Of a stretch of DNA of 64,000 bases, positions 1-9,023 are shown one piece after another. The notes beneath the pieces are model-generated. The model ran no database searches. It saw only the letters and a list, made by a program, of their open reading frames with translations, and was not told where the DNA came from. Source of the stretch: Acidimicrobiia bacterium (GTDB taxonomy: Bacteria; Actinomycetota; Acidimicrobiia; Spongiisociales; ZC4RG35); the NCBI GenBank assembly GCA_041748855.1, contig JBGTCK010000058.1:22758-86757 (forward strand), given 5' to 3'. The translations under genes were made by a program, and so were the position numbers. Position 1 is the stretch's first letter; every line of letters begins with the position of its first letter.

Positions 1-2631
1 GTTGGATCTGGCACCGATCATGTTCATTGCGACAGCGAGCGCCTCGTGGGCCTCTTCGGAGAGGGCACCGAGCGACATCGCCGCTGTGGTGAAGCGGCGC
101 ATGATGTACTCGGTGGACTCGACCTCGTCGATGGGCACCGGCTCGCGCTGGACGAACGTCAGGAGATCTCGCACAACCGCGGGCGGGCGCGAGTTGATGG
201 TTTCGAGATAACGCGACCAGGCGTCAGTCTCTCCAGAACGGACCGACTTCTGCAGGTCGAGGACCACCTTCGGGCCGGTGATATGAGGGTCCTCACCGCG
301 ACGGTGCTTGTAGAAGCCACCCGACGCCGCCTCACCCGCGGCATAGAGCTGGTTTCGAGCCAGGGCGTGGGCGGCCAGATCTTCGATTGTGGAACCGCGC
401 AGCCGGCGTGGTGCATTCCGGAAGGCCCTGCGGCACACCTTTTCGGCTAGTCCGATCACCTCGAACAGTTCGGAGCCGCGGTATGCGGAAAGGGTGCAGA
501 TCCCCATCTTCGACATGATCTTGAGGATTCCCGCCTCGAGTGCGGCCCGGTAGTTCTCCTGGGCTGTCACCGGGTCGACGTCGACCTGGTCGCGGGTAGC
601 GAGCCCGATCACCTGGTCGATGGCCAGGTACGGATTCACGGCCGAGGCCCCGAACCCGATCAGGCAGGCAAGGTCGTGGGCGTCTCGTGGCTCCCCGGAG
701 ACGACGACCAGCGAGACGTCTCCACGGACACCCTCGTCGATGAGGTGGTGATGGACTGCCCCCACAGCCAGCAGCACGGGGATCGGTGCCTGCTCGGCGC
801 CGGTTTCGCGATCGGAGAGGACGAGGATCGTCGCCCCGAGTCTGACGGCCTGGGCCGCCTCGGCACAGATCTCGTCGAGCCGCTTCTCCATCCCGGCCAC
901 GCCTGCGGAGACGCTCCAGGTGACGGGGATCCAATGAGAGAAGAAACGGGGGTCGCCGGAGCGCACGATCGACTCCAGTTCGGCGTCGGAGAGGACAGGG
1001 CTGGAAAGCTCGATCAGGTGCGCCTGGGAGGGCTGGTCCTCGAGGAGTGGGCCGCGTCGCCCCAGTTGGATCCGCAGCGACATCACCAGGTGCTCCCGGA
1101 TCGGGTCCATCGGCGGGTTGGTGACCTGGGCAAACATCTGGTGGAAGTACCGGGTCAGCCGTCGCGGCCGCTCCGCAAGGACCGCAAGACCGGTGTCGTC
1201 ACCCATCGAACCGATCGGGTCGGTGCCTTCAGCCATCGGGGCGAGGATCAATCTGATCTCCTCGGCGGTGTAACCGAAGACCCGGGAGAGCGCGCCGGCA
1301 TCGAACCTGTCGTCGGCCTCGGAGTCGAACGGGGCTTCGATGTGGAGGGTCTCGGTGTTGATCCAGTCGGCGTACGGCTGCAGGGAGGCCAGTTCGTCAC
1401 GTACCTCCCCGGAGTGGCGCACCTCGCCGGTGACGCCGTCGAAGAGGAGGAACTCACCCGGGCCAAGCTGGCCGGTGTCGATCGCCCTGGCTTCTTCCTC
1501 AGGGCAAACCCCGGCCTCCGAAGCCACCAGGACCACTTCGGGGGTGATCGACCAGCGGGCCGGGCGCAGGCCGTTGCGGTCCATGGCGGCGAGCAGCGAG
1601 ATGCCGTCTGTCACCGAGATCGCTGCCGGGCCGTCCCAGGGCTCGGTGAGGAAAGCGTGATAGGCATAGAAGGCGGCGAGTTCGGGGGGCAGGTCGTTGA
1701 CGTTTTCCCAGGCGGAGGGGATCAGCAGTTCCTTGACGTGTGCCAGGGACCGACCGCTCTGCATCAGCAGTTCGTAGGCGTTGTCCAGGCTCCCGGAGTC
1801 AGAAATACCCGGCTGGAGGAACGGGAGCAGGTCGGCAAAACGGTCTCCCCAAGTGGCAGGGGTTGCTCCCCGTTCCCGGGCCTTCATCCATGACCGGTTC
1901 GATTGGATGGTGTTGATCTCACCGTTGTGTGCCAGGACCCGGAACGGCTGAGCGTTGTCCCAACTCGGGAAGGTATTTGTGGAGTAGCGCTGGTGGAAGA
2001 TGGCAAATGCGGTCTCGAAGTCGGGGTCGCGAAGGTCCCAGTAGAAATCGGAGACGCGGCTTGCGGTGAACAGTCCCTTGTACACGACCGTGCGGCCCGA
2101 AGCGGACGGGATCGAGAGACCGGGCTTGGCGACCCGTTCGATGCGCTTGCGCGCCAGGTAAAGGGTTCGCTCCAGGTCTTCGGATCCGGTTCCGCCGGTG
2201 ACGATGGCCTGTTCGATCAGCGGGAGCACGTCACGGGCATGCTCGCCGAGGACCGAGGGATCGATGGGGACCGAGCGCCAGAACATCACCTTGAGACCTT
2301 CGGCCTCGAGGGCGTCGTTGACGATTGCCCGAGATTCCCCGGCCTCCATCGGAGGGAGGAAGCACATCACGACACCGAGGCGCTCGGGGTCGATCTCGAG
2401 ACCGTGGCCGGCGAGTTCACGCTGGATCAATCGGTATGGGATCTGGGTCAGTAGCCCGGCCCCGTCACCGGTGCCGTCTGCGGCGCGCGCACCACGATGG
2501 TCGAGGCGTTCCAGACACTCGACTGCAAGCCGGGTCAGCCGGTAGGTGGGCACCCGATCGAGCGCGGCGATGAATCCGACGCCACAGGCATCGTGCTCAA
2601 AGCCAGGATCGATCAACGGACGGATCACCAA
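1..2631 (-). CDS. gltB: Glutamate synthase large subunit, N-terminal ~877 codons (3' end lies left of the window)
   Basis: Absent from the ORF track because its stop is outside the window. My minus-strand translation from ~2631 reads IRPLIDPGFEHDACGVGFIAALDRVPTYRL... and later QRYSTNTFPSWDNAQPFRVLAHNGEINTIQSNRSWMKARE, the class-II glutamine amidotransferase N-terminus of GltB. The start is TTG 2631 or GTG 2628, after AGGGGG. The + strand ORFs here (e.g. 676..1893) are antisense artefacts. Confidence 0.9.
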   Translation of the reverse strand, partial: MVIRPLIDPGFEHDACGVGFIAALDRVPTYRLTRLAVECLERLDHRGARAADGTGDGAGLLTQIPYRLIQRELAGHGLEIDPERLGVVMCFLPPMEAGESRAIVNDALEAEGLKVMFWRSVPIDPSVLGEHARDVLPLIEQAIVTGGTGSEDLERTLYLARKRIERVAKPGLSIPSASGRTVVYKGLFTASRVSDFYWDLRDPDFETAFAIFHQRYSTNTFPSWDNAQPFRVLAHNGEINTIQSNRSWMKARERGATPATWGDRFADLLPFLQPGISDSGSLDNAYELLMQSGRSLAHVKELLIPSAWENVNDLPPELAAFYAYHAFLTEPWDGPAAISVTDGISLLAAMDRNGLRPARWSITPEVVLVASEAGVCPEEEARAIDTGQLGPGEFLLFDGVTGEVRHSGEVRDELASLQPYADWINTETLHIEAPFDSEADDRFDAGALSRVFGYTAEEIRLILAPMAEGTDPIGSMGDDTGLAVLAERPRRLTRYFHQMFAQVTNPPMDPIREHLVMSLRIQLGRRGPLLEDQPSQAHLIELSSPVLSDAELESIVRSGDPRFFSHWIPVTWSVSAGVAGMEKRLDEICAEAAQAVRLGATILVLSDRETGAEQAPIPVLLAVGAVHHHLIDEGVRGDVSLVVVSGEPRDAHDLACLIGFGASAVNPYLAIDQVIGLATRDQVDVDPVTAQENYRAALEAGILKIMSKMGICTLSAYRGSELFEVIGLAEKVCRRAFRNAPRRLRGSTIEDLAAHALARNQLYAAGEAASGGFYKHRRGEDPHITGPKVVLDLQKSVRSGETDAWSRYLETINSRPPAVVRDLLTFVQREPVPIDEVESTEYIMRRFTTAAMSLGALSEEAHEALAVAMNMIGARSN

Positions 2632-2699
2632 GCCCCCTAAAAGTGGGAGCGATCCATTGTAAACGCCGGGAAAGCCCCGACGAAAACGACGCCCGGAAC

Positions 2700-2750
2700 C
2701 GTTCTGTGTCGGTTCCGGCTCTCTATGCGGAACTTTTCCGACACAGAACG
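2700..2750 (+). repeat. REP-like palindromic element, copy A1 (CGTTCTGTGTCGG-25 nt-CCGACACAGAACG)
   Basis: It has a 13-bp terminal inverted repeat and the central motif CTATGCGGA. The same family recurs at 2774, 30948, 33328 and 33399. Confidence 0.8.
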
Positions 2751-2773
2751 GCTCCGTACGGACGGCATATCCC

Positions 2774-2822
2774 TTCTGTGTCGCTTTCGGTTCCCTATGC
2801 GGATCTTCTCCGACACAGAACG
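2774..2822 (+). repeat. REP-like palindromic element, copy A2
   Basis: The sequence is TTCTGTGTCGC...CTATGCGGA...CCGACACAGAACG, lying 23 nt after copy A1. Confidence 0.8.
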
Positions 2823-2846
2823 ATTCCGGATCCGACACGCACAGCG

Positions 2847-2870
2847 GAGTTTCGCCGTTCGGCGAAACTC
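2847..2870. other. Perfect 10-bp stem / 4-nt loop hairpin (GAGTTTCGCC gttc GGCGAAACTC) in the gltB/purA divergent spacer
   Basis: Read directly from the sequence. There is no U-tract on either strand. The arm type (GAGTTT..GC / GC..AAACTC) matches the hairpins of the 41305-41470 array. Confidence 0.6.
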
Positions 2871-2914
2871 AATCGCTCGACGAAGTCGAGACGCGACTAC
2901 CGTCCGGTCACGTC

Positions 2915-4189
2915 ATGCCAGCCACAGTTGTTTTGGGTGCCCAATGGGGCGATGAGGGCAAGGGCCGTGTCGTCGACTACTTCGCCGAATCGGCCGACTA
3001 CGTCGTCAGGTACCAGGGCGGGAACAACGCCGGGCACACCATCGTCGTCGGTGACGAAAAGCTTGCCCTCTCTCTCATCCCGTCCGGGATCCTCTACCCC
3101 GAGTGCACCCCGGTGATCGCATCGGGAACGGTGATCGACCCCAAGGTGTTGCTCGCTGAGATGGAGATGACAAGAGCCAAGGGCCTCGACCCCTCCCGGG
3201 TGCGGCTGTCGGCCAACGCCCACCTGATCATGCCGTATCACCGGAAGCTGGACGCCGCCATCGAGCGCTACCTCGGGAAGAACCAGATCGGAACCACCAA
3301 GAAGGGCATCGGCCCCACCTACACCGACAAGTACGCCCGATTCGGGATAAGGGTTCAGGACCTCTTCGACCCCAAGATCTTCAGGCAAAAAGTCGAAGCA
3401 GCCCTCGAGGAGAAGAACAAGATCCTCCCCCGGATCTACAACACCCTCCCCATGGATGCCGATGAGATCATCGAGGAGTACACCGAGTACGCCAAGCTTC
3501 TCGAGCCACACGTGACCGACACTTCCCTCCTCCTCTGGAACGGCCTCAAAGCCGGCGAACAGGTTCTCTTCGAAGGAGCCCAGGGCACCCTGCTCGACAT
3601 CGACCACGGGACATATCCCTTCGTCACCTCCTCCAATCCGACAGCAGGTGGTGCGGCGGTCGGCTCCGGCATCGGCCCTAGAGCGATCGACGAGATCATC
3701 GGCGTGGCCAAGACGTACATCAGCCGGGTCGGCACCGGGCCCTTCCCCACTGAACTCACCGACGAGATCGGCGACACGATGATCGAACTCGGCGGCGAGT
3801 ACGGGACCGTGACGGGACGTCGTCGCCGTTGTGGCTGGCTCGACATGGTGGCACTGCGCTACTCCCACCGGGTGAACACCTTCACCAACCTCTTCCTCAC
3901 CAAGCTGGACATCCTCTCTGCCTTCGACACCATCAAAGTTGCCAACGCCTACACCTCCGGAGGCGCTCGTTACGACGAGTTCCCGATGCAACAGTCCGTC
4001 CTCTATCACTGCGAGCCCGAATACGAGGAGCTTCCCGGTTGGAACACCGATATCACCGGCGTCCGCGAGTTCTCCGATTTGCCCGGACCGGCTCAGGACT
4101 ACATCCGCTACATCGAGGAGCTCGCCGACGTACCGGTTGGCTGGGTTTCGGTGGGCCCTGAGCGCAGCCAGCTGATCACCCTGAAATGA
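2915..4189 (+). CDS. purA: Adenylosuccinate synthetase
   Basis: 424 aa. Motifs are VVLGAQWGDEGKGRVVD (GDEGKG P-loop), GGNNAGHT and the SRVGTGPFPTEL region. Confidence 0.97.
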   Translation: MPATVVLGAQWGDEGKGRVVDYFAESADYVVRYQGGNNAGHTIVVGDEKLALSLIPSGILYPECTPVIASGTVIDPKVLLAEMEMTRAKGLDPSRVRLSANAHLIMPYHRKLDAAIERYLGKNQIGTTKKGIGPTYTDKYARFGIRVQDLFDPKIFRQKVEAALEEKNKILPRIYNTLPMDADEIIEEYTEYAKLLEPHVTDTSLLLWNGLKAGEQVLFEGAQGTLLDIDHGTYPFVTSSNPTAGGAAVGSGIGPRAIDEIIGVAKTYISRVGTGPFPTELTDEIGDTMIELGGEYGTVTGRRRRCGWLDMVALRYSHRVNTFTNLFLTKLDILSAFDTIKVANAYTSGGARYDEFPMQQSVLYHCEPEYEELPGWNTDITGVREFSDLPGPAQDYIRYIEELADVPVGWVSVGPERSQLITLK

Positions 4190-5418
4190 GAGTCCTTCTC
4201 ATCGGGAGCGGGGGCCGGGAACACGCCCTCGGCTGGAAGATCGCACAGTCGCCGAGAGTCAAGGAATTGGTCTCCCTCCCCGGAAATCCCGGGCTCGCGG
4301 AGTTGGGCCCGACCGTGGAAGGCATCGCAGCCACCGATGTCGGGGCGATCGCTGCGATGGCCAGGATTCAAAAGATCGACCTGGTAGTCGTCGGTCCGGA
4401 AGCCCCTCTGGCGGCGGGGGTGGCCGATGCGGTGTCCCGCCTCGGGATCCTCGTCTTCGGCCCGACTCGGGCAGCCTCCCGGCTGGAGTCGTCCAAGCAG
4501 TTCGCCAAAGAGGTGATGGCACGGGCGGGGGTGGCCACTGCTTCGTCGGGTTCGTTCGGCGATCCGGATGCAGCCCGCGCCCACCTGGAAAAGATGCAAC
4601 CTCCCTATGTGGTCAAGGCCGATGGGCTGGCTGCGGGTAAGGGAGTGCTGGTCACCGACTCGGTCGCCGACGCCCGGGAGTGGGTCGACCGTTGCTTCGA
4701 GGGTGCCTTCGGCGAGGCCGGGTCGTCGGTCCTCATCGAAGAGTTCCTCGACGGCCCCGAGATCAGTGTCTTCGCGGTATGCACCGAGAAAGGAGCAGTC
4801 ACCCTCGAACCGGCGAGGGATTACAAACGTTTGCATGACGGTGACGAAGGCCCCAACACCGGAGGGATGGGCTCATACTCACCCGTACTCGACCTTCCGG
4901 ACAATCTCATGGCACGGACGATGGCGGAGGTAGTCGAGCCGACGCTTGCACAGTTGAAGGAGGACGGAAATCCGTTCACCGGGTTCCTCTATGCAGGGTT
5001 GGTCCTGACCGCCGACGGCCCCAAGGTCCTCGAGTTCAACGTGAGGCTTGGCGACCCCGAGACCCAGGCAGTGCTCCCCCGGATGAGCAACGACCTCGTC
5101 GATGTCCTCGAAGGCACAACACCGGAGTGGTCGGACACCGCAGCGGTGAATGTGGTTCTGGCCGCCAAGGGATATCCGACAGCGCCGGAGAAGGGAGCAA
5201 CGATCAAGGGCATGTCCAACCTGCCCGACGACGTTCTCGTCTTCCACGCTGGAACTGCACGGGACGGGAAGAAGCTGGTGGTCGATGGTGGTCGCGTCCT
5301 CAGCGTTGTCGGTGTCGGCCCTGATCTCGCCTCTGCCCGGGACCGTGCCTACGCCGCAGCGGAAACGATCCGCTGGCCAGGTATGCAGCTGCGAACCGAC
5401 ATCGCCGCTCAGGTCTGA
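4186..5418 (+). CDS. purD: Phosphoribosylamine--glycine ligase
   Basis: 410 aa, starting MRVLLIGSGGREHALGWK, with an ATP-grasp layout. The start overlaps the purA stop (ATGA). Confidence 0.96.
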   Translation: MRVLLIGSGGREHALGWKIAQSPRVKELVSLPGNPGLAELGPTVEGIAATDVGAIAAMARIQKIDLVVVGPEAPLAAGVADAVSRLGILVFGPTRAASRLESSKQFAKEVMARAGVATASSGSFGDPDAARAHLEKMQPPYVVKADGLAAGKGVLVTDSVADAREWVDRCFEGAFGEAGSSVLIEEFLDGPEISVFAVCTEKGAVTLEPARDYKRLHDGDEGPNTGGMGSYSPVLDLPDNLMARTMAEVVEPTLAQLKEDGNPFTGFLYAGLVLTADGPKVLEFNVRLGDPETQAVLPRMSNDLVDVLEGTTPEWSDTAAVNVVLAAKGYPTAPEKGATIKGMSNLPDDVLVFHAGTARDGKKLVVDGGRVLSVVGVGPDLASARDRAYAAAETIRWPGMQLRTDIAAQV

Positions 5419-5981
5419 GCGCCCTTCTCGTCGCGAACCAGACCGCTATCCCCTTCCGGACGAGCCAACTCGACCAATCCATTGACTGTTCCTCCGATCA
5501 TCAGAGATGTCGCGACGACCAGGCCTCCGAGGAGCGAAACCATGGCTGCGAGCGTGTAATAGAGGATCGAGTAATACGAGCTGAGTTCGTCCACCTCTGC
5601 AATCGGAATCGCCAGGACCACCAGGACTGACACGCTGACCACGATCTGCGCAATGGCAAGGAAGTTCACGTTGCGAATTCGCTGGAAAAGCTTTTCGGAG
5701 AAGGACACGTCGGATGACGAGGTGATACCGATCAAGGTCAGCATGAGCGCCAGGACAGTCACCCCCGCACCTACTCCGGCCGCGGCAAGGAACCGGGCTG
5801 TGGGCAGGGTTGCTTCGATCAGGCGGAGTGCCTCGAAATCGCCGACGTTTCCAACGAGGATCACTCCCCCGAGAAGGCTAATGAAGACAACAGCGCCACC
5901 GACGAGGGCGCCCTTTAGTTCGGAGCTGGTTGTAGGCACGGAAGACGCCCATACCCCGATGTCTCGACCCCCAACCATCAC
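5409..5981 (-). CDS. Polytopic membrane protein, family not recognised
   Basis: 190 aa with at least four hydrophobic helices. The GTG start overlaps the stop of the upstream lipoprotein gene (GTGA). The 3' end overlaps the purD 3' end by 10 nt (convergent). Confidence 0.6.
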   Translation of the reverse strand: MMVGGRDIGVWASSVPTTSSELKGALVGGAVVFISLLGGVILVGNVGDFEALRLIEATLPTARFLAAAGVGAGVTVLALMLTLIGITSSSDVSFSEKLFQRIRNVNFLAIAQIVVSVSVLVVLAIPIAEVDELSSYYSILYYTLAAMVSLLGGLVVATSLMIGGTVNGLVELARPEGDSGLVRDEKGAQT

Positions 5982-6727
5982 CTGGGGGTGGAGTTCTCCC
6001 CCAGGGTGACGGCGGCCCTTCGGCCACCCAGCGAAGAGATCGCAGCCGTCGTGGCCGAGAAGGCCGGGTGACCTTCATAGAGCGCGAGGGCCGGGATCAC
6101 CTGGACCAATTCATTCCCGCTACAGATCGCTGCCAGGTCGTTGCAGGAGCCGCGAACCAGAAAACTCTCATAGACCACTTCCAAGAGAAACCGGTCGTGG
6201 TCCCAACTGAAGGGATCATCGAGAAGGAGCACAGGCATACCGAGAAGGGTTACAGTGGTGATGCTTTCCATAACCACTTCATGGGCGTCTTCACCAAGCA
6301 CGATGAGGGCAGTGTCGGTGAACTCGACCTGAACAGACCATCCACCGGAGTTCGATCGATACGTCCCGTCGGAGTAGGAGCTTCCCAGACCGCCCCCAGC
6401 CCGATACGAGACTTGGCCGACCGGGATCGTACGTTCACCGGTGTCGAGAACAAACCCCCCTCTGATCGCGGTGACTTGTTCATCCTCTCCGCCGATCAAG
6501 GTAGCCAGATACCCGGTGCCATCCGGTAGCGATCCGGAGTAGTCGCGCTGCGGTCGGGATGCGGACAGGTTGGCGCCGGCAGCGGTGGTGCTCGTCGGAG
6601 CGGAGCGCGCAGTATTCGACCCGGCTATATCGGGAGGGGGGAGCACGTCACTTGTGGTCGTCGCCGGAACCGCCAACGTTTCACAAGCGGACATCAACAC
6701 CACCGCAACGAGTACGACCAATCTCAC
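5978..6727 (-). CDS. Putative lipoprotein, family not recognised
   Basis: 249 aa. It has a signal peptide with a lipobox-like LMSAC, followed by a Thr/Pro/Ala-rich linker. Confidence 0.65.
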   Translation of the reverse strand: MRLVVLVAVVLMSACETLAVPATTTSDVLPPPDIAGSNTARSAPTSTTAAGANLSASRPQRDYSGSLPDGTGYLATLIGGEDEQVTAIRGGFVLDTGERTIPVGQVSYRAGGGLGSSYSDGTYRSNSGGWSVQVEFTDTALIVLGEDAHEVVMESITTVTLLGMPVLLLDDPFSWDHDRFLLEVVYESFLVRGSCNDLAAICSGNELVQVIPALALYEGHPAFSATTAAISSLGGRRAAVTLGENSTPR

Positions 6728-6802
6728 GATGCGTCGTCACCTCTCGATTAGGTTCCAACCCAGGTTACGCCGACGGGCGCAGATTCACTACCGTCGTCGC
6801 CC

Positions 6803-7267
6803 ATGAGTCACAAGGTTGCAATTGTTATGGGGTCGGGATCGGATAGACCGATTATGGAGAAGGGTTCACAGATGCTCGATAAGTTCGGGATCGAGCACGA
6901 AACACGGGTGCTCTCGGCGCACAAAACGCCGGACCAGGCGCTGGAGTTCGCCACCAACGCTGCAGACAACGGCTTCGAGGTGATCATCGCCGGGGCCGGA
7001 AAGGCGGCGCACCTGGCGGGAGTAATGGCCGCCAAATCGTTGCTGCCAGTGATTGGGGTCCCGATCAACGCCTCGCTCGACGGGATGGACGCTCTGCTTG
7101 CCACCGTCCAGATGCCCACCGGGATCCCGGTGGCGACCGTCGCCATCGACGCCGCCAACAACGCGGCGCTGCTTGCGGTCGCCATCCTCGCCATCAACGA
7201 CGACGAACTCCGCCAGAAACTGGCCGACTATCGAAGCGACCTCGCCGAGAAGACACTGGCCGGCTAG
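6803..7267 (+). CDS. purE: N5-carboxyaminoimidazole ribonucleotide mutase (PurE)
   Basis: 154 aa with the motifs VAIVMGSGSD and AGKAAHLAGVMAA. There is no purK next to it. Confidence 0.94.
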   Translation: MSHKVAIVMGSGSDRPIMEKGSQMLDKFGIEHETRVLSAHKTPDQALEFATNAADNGFEVIIAGAGKAAHLAGVMAAKSLLPVIGVPINASLDGMDALLATVQMPTGIPVATVAIDAANNAALLAVAILAINDDELRQKLADYRSDLAEKTLAG

Positions 7268-7638
7268 TCGCTGAAAGAGTCGGGTAACTGATCCGCTAAT
7301 CGCTGCGGGGCCACGGTCAGGTAGGCGTCGACCACGATCTCTTCGATCTCACCCCAATCTGGGTTGCGGTCGAGTCGGACTCCGAGCCATCCCCTGTGAC
7401 CTACATACGGCGGAACGAAATACTGATCCGGGTTCGATTCCACCATGACTTGCTGTGAGCCCTCGGGTGCAGCACACCAGAAAGCCAGCCGGTCCTCGCC
7501 GTGGTGGTGGTCGTCGAACGAGACGAACTGCTTGCCCTTCTCGATGAACCAGCCGGGCTCACCGTGGCTGAGCCGCTCCTCGGTCCCGGGCAAGGCCCGG
7601 CAGATCGCTCGCAACCGCTGGATAGGTTCGGTGCTCAT
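7264..7638 (-). CDS. MmcQ/YjbR-family DNA-binding-like protein
   Basis: The ORF 7264..7758 is trimmed to the internal ATG (MSTEPIQRLRAICRALPGTEE...), which gives a family-typical ~124 aa. The longer form would run into the divergent acyl-CoA dehydrogenase start. Confidence 0.65.
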   Translation of the reverse strand: MSTEPIQRLRAICRALPGTEERLSHGEPGWFIEKGKQFVSFDDHHHGEDRLAFWCAAPEGSQQVMVESNPDQYFVPPYVGHRGWLGVRLDRNPDWGEIEEIVVDAYLTVAPQRLADQLPDSFSD

Positions 7639-7733
7639 CGACACAATTTTGCCAGAAGGGGAGAGCTCGACACTGCGGTGACTTCCAGAGCCGAATGTGT
7701 CGCGGCGCTCCGAAGTCGATACCATTTGGCGCA

Positions 7734-8918
7734 ATGAGCGACATTTCTTTCGACACACCGGACCCGCACGACTTTTTGGGGATCGATTCTCTGCTTTCCG
7801 ATGAGGAGAAGCTGCTTCGGGGGACGGTCCGCGATTTCGTCCAGAAGGAGATAGTTCCCGAGGTTGGTGACTGGTGGGAGGCGGGTGAGCTTCCTCACGC
7901 AGAGCTGGCGAAGACGATCGGCGATATCGGCTTGCTCGGAATGCATCTCGAGGGGTATGGCTGTGCGGGCACGTCGGCCACCGCCTATGGGTTGGCCTGT
8001 CTCGAGTTGGAGGCCGGGGATTCGGGGATCCGTTCGTTTGTGTCGGTTCAGGGCTCGCTTGTGATGTTCCCGATCTGGAAGTTCGGTTCGGAGGAGCAGA
8101 AGAACGAGTGGCTGCCCAGGATGGCGACCGGTGAGGTAATCGGGTGTTTCGGGTTGACCGAAGCCGACTCCGGCTCCGACCCGTCCTCGATGCGGACCAA
8201 CGCCAAACGTGACGGTTCGGACTGGATTCTCAACGGGTCGAAAATGTGGATCACCAACGGCTCGATCGCCGACGTTGCAGTGGTGTGGGCCAAGACCGAT
8301 GAAGGTGTGCGCGGGTTCCTCGTCCCCACCGACGCCCCCGGGTTCTCGGCTCCTGAGATCAAAAAGAAGGCTTCGTTGCGGGCGTCGGTGACTTCTGAGC
8401 TGCTGTTCGACAACGTGAGGCTCCCCGACGATTTCGTTCTCCCCGGTGTAGCTTCGATGCGGGGGCCGCTCTCCTGTCTCAACGAGGCCCGGTTCGGTAT
8501 CGCCTTCGGGGCGATGGGCGCAGCACGTGCCTGCTATGAGGCGGCACTCTCCTACTCCAAAGAACGCGAGCAGTTCGACAAGCCGATTGCATCGTTCCAG
8601 ATGACCCAGCGCAAACTGGTCGAGATGATGGTCGCGGTGCAAAGGGGCACTTTGGTCGCCCTCCACCTCGGCCGCCGCAAAGACGACGGGACCCTCACCC
8701 CCCAGCAGGTGTCATTCGGGAAGTTCGACAACGTCCGCAACGCCCTCGAAGTCGCCCGTACCGCCCGCTCGGTGCTCGGAGCCAACGGGATCACACTCGA
8801 ATACTCCCCGATGCGACACATGGCCAACCTCGAAACGGTCTTCACCTACGAAGGCACCAACGAAATTCACACCCTGATCATGGGCCAGGCCATCACAGGA
8901 ATCGAAGCGTTCTCCTGA
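7734..8918 (+). CDS. Acyl-CoA dehydrogenase (glutaryl-CoA dehydrogenase-like)
   Basis: It contains FGLTEADSGSDPSSMRT...WITNGSIADVAVVWAKT and a C-terminal ...TYEGTNEIHTLIMG. The start is taken at MSDISF (the ORF track starts at 7695). Confidence 0.85.
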   Translation: MSDISFDTPDPHDFLGIDSLLSDEEKLLRGTVRDFVQKEIVPEVGDWWEAGELPHAELAKTIGDIGLLGMHLEGYGCAGTSATAYGLACLELEAGDSGIRSFVSVQGSLVMFPIWKFGSEEQKNEWLPRMATGEVIGCFGLTEADSGSDPSSMRTNAKRDGSDWILNGSKMWITNGSIADVAVVWAKTDEGVRGFLVPTDAPGFSAPEIKKKASLRASVTSELLFDNVRLPDDFVLPGVASMRGPLSCLNEARFGIAFGAMGAARACYEAALSYSKEREQFDKPIASFQMTQRKLVEMMVAVQRGTLVALHLGRRKDDGTLTPQQVSFGKFDNVRNALEVARTARSVLGANGITLEYSPMRHMANLETVFTYEGTNEIHTLIMGQAITGIEAFS

Positions 8919-9023
8919 ACGTCGGCGGGTGGAGCCCGCCCCTCGGCCGGCGCAGACCTGCCGAACGCTGCATTCGGTGCTCCGCCGTCGGCCGTTATCC
9001 TTCCGATCCGTCAAACTGCAGAG

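Noticed and set aside
676-1893. Long ORFs on the strand opposite to confidently identified genes. Examples are 676..1893(+), 2897..4009(-), 7635..8666(-), 12234..13286(+), 14487..15419(+), 25241..26062(+), 28356..29204(-) and 29617..30546(-). Further examples are 37234..38472(-), 41299..42594(-), 47748..48716(-), 48940..49929(-), 61582..62484(-) and 62721..63968(-).
   Set aside because: Their translations are Arg/Gly/Pro/Asp-rich with no recognisable motifs. That is the usual antisense open-frame artefact of high-GC DNA, and in every case the opposite strand encodes a clear family member.
7640-7701. CGACACA ... TGTGTCG inverted pair in the MmcQ/acyl-CoA dehydrogenase spacer, resembling the REP arms.
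   Set aside because: The arms are in the opposite order to the REP element, are only 7 nt long, are 48 nt apart, and lack the conserved centre.
8973-8984. A 12-nt imperfect direct repeat (also at 19573..19584) as att-like borders of the lower-GC block.
   Set aside because: It is one mismatched 12-mer pair among ~19,000 possible position pairs, so by my rough estimate it is not clearly above chance. No integrase or tRNA is nearby. It is mentioned only as a pointer.
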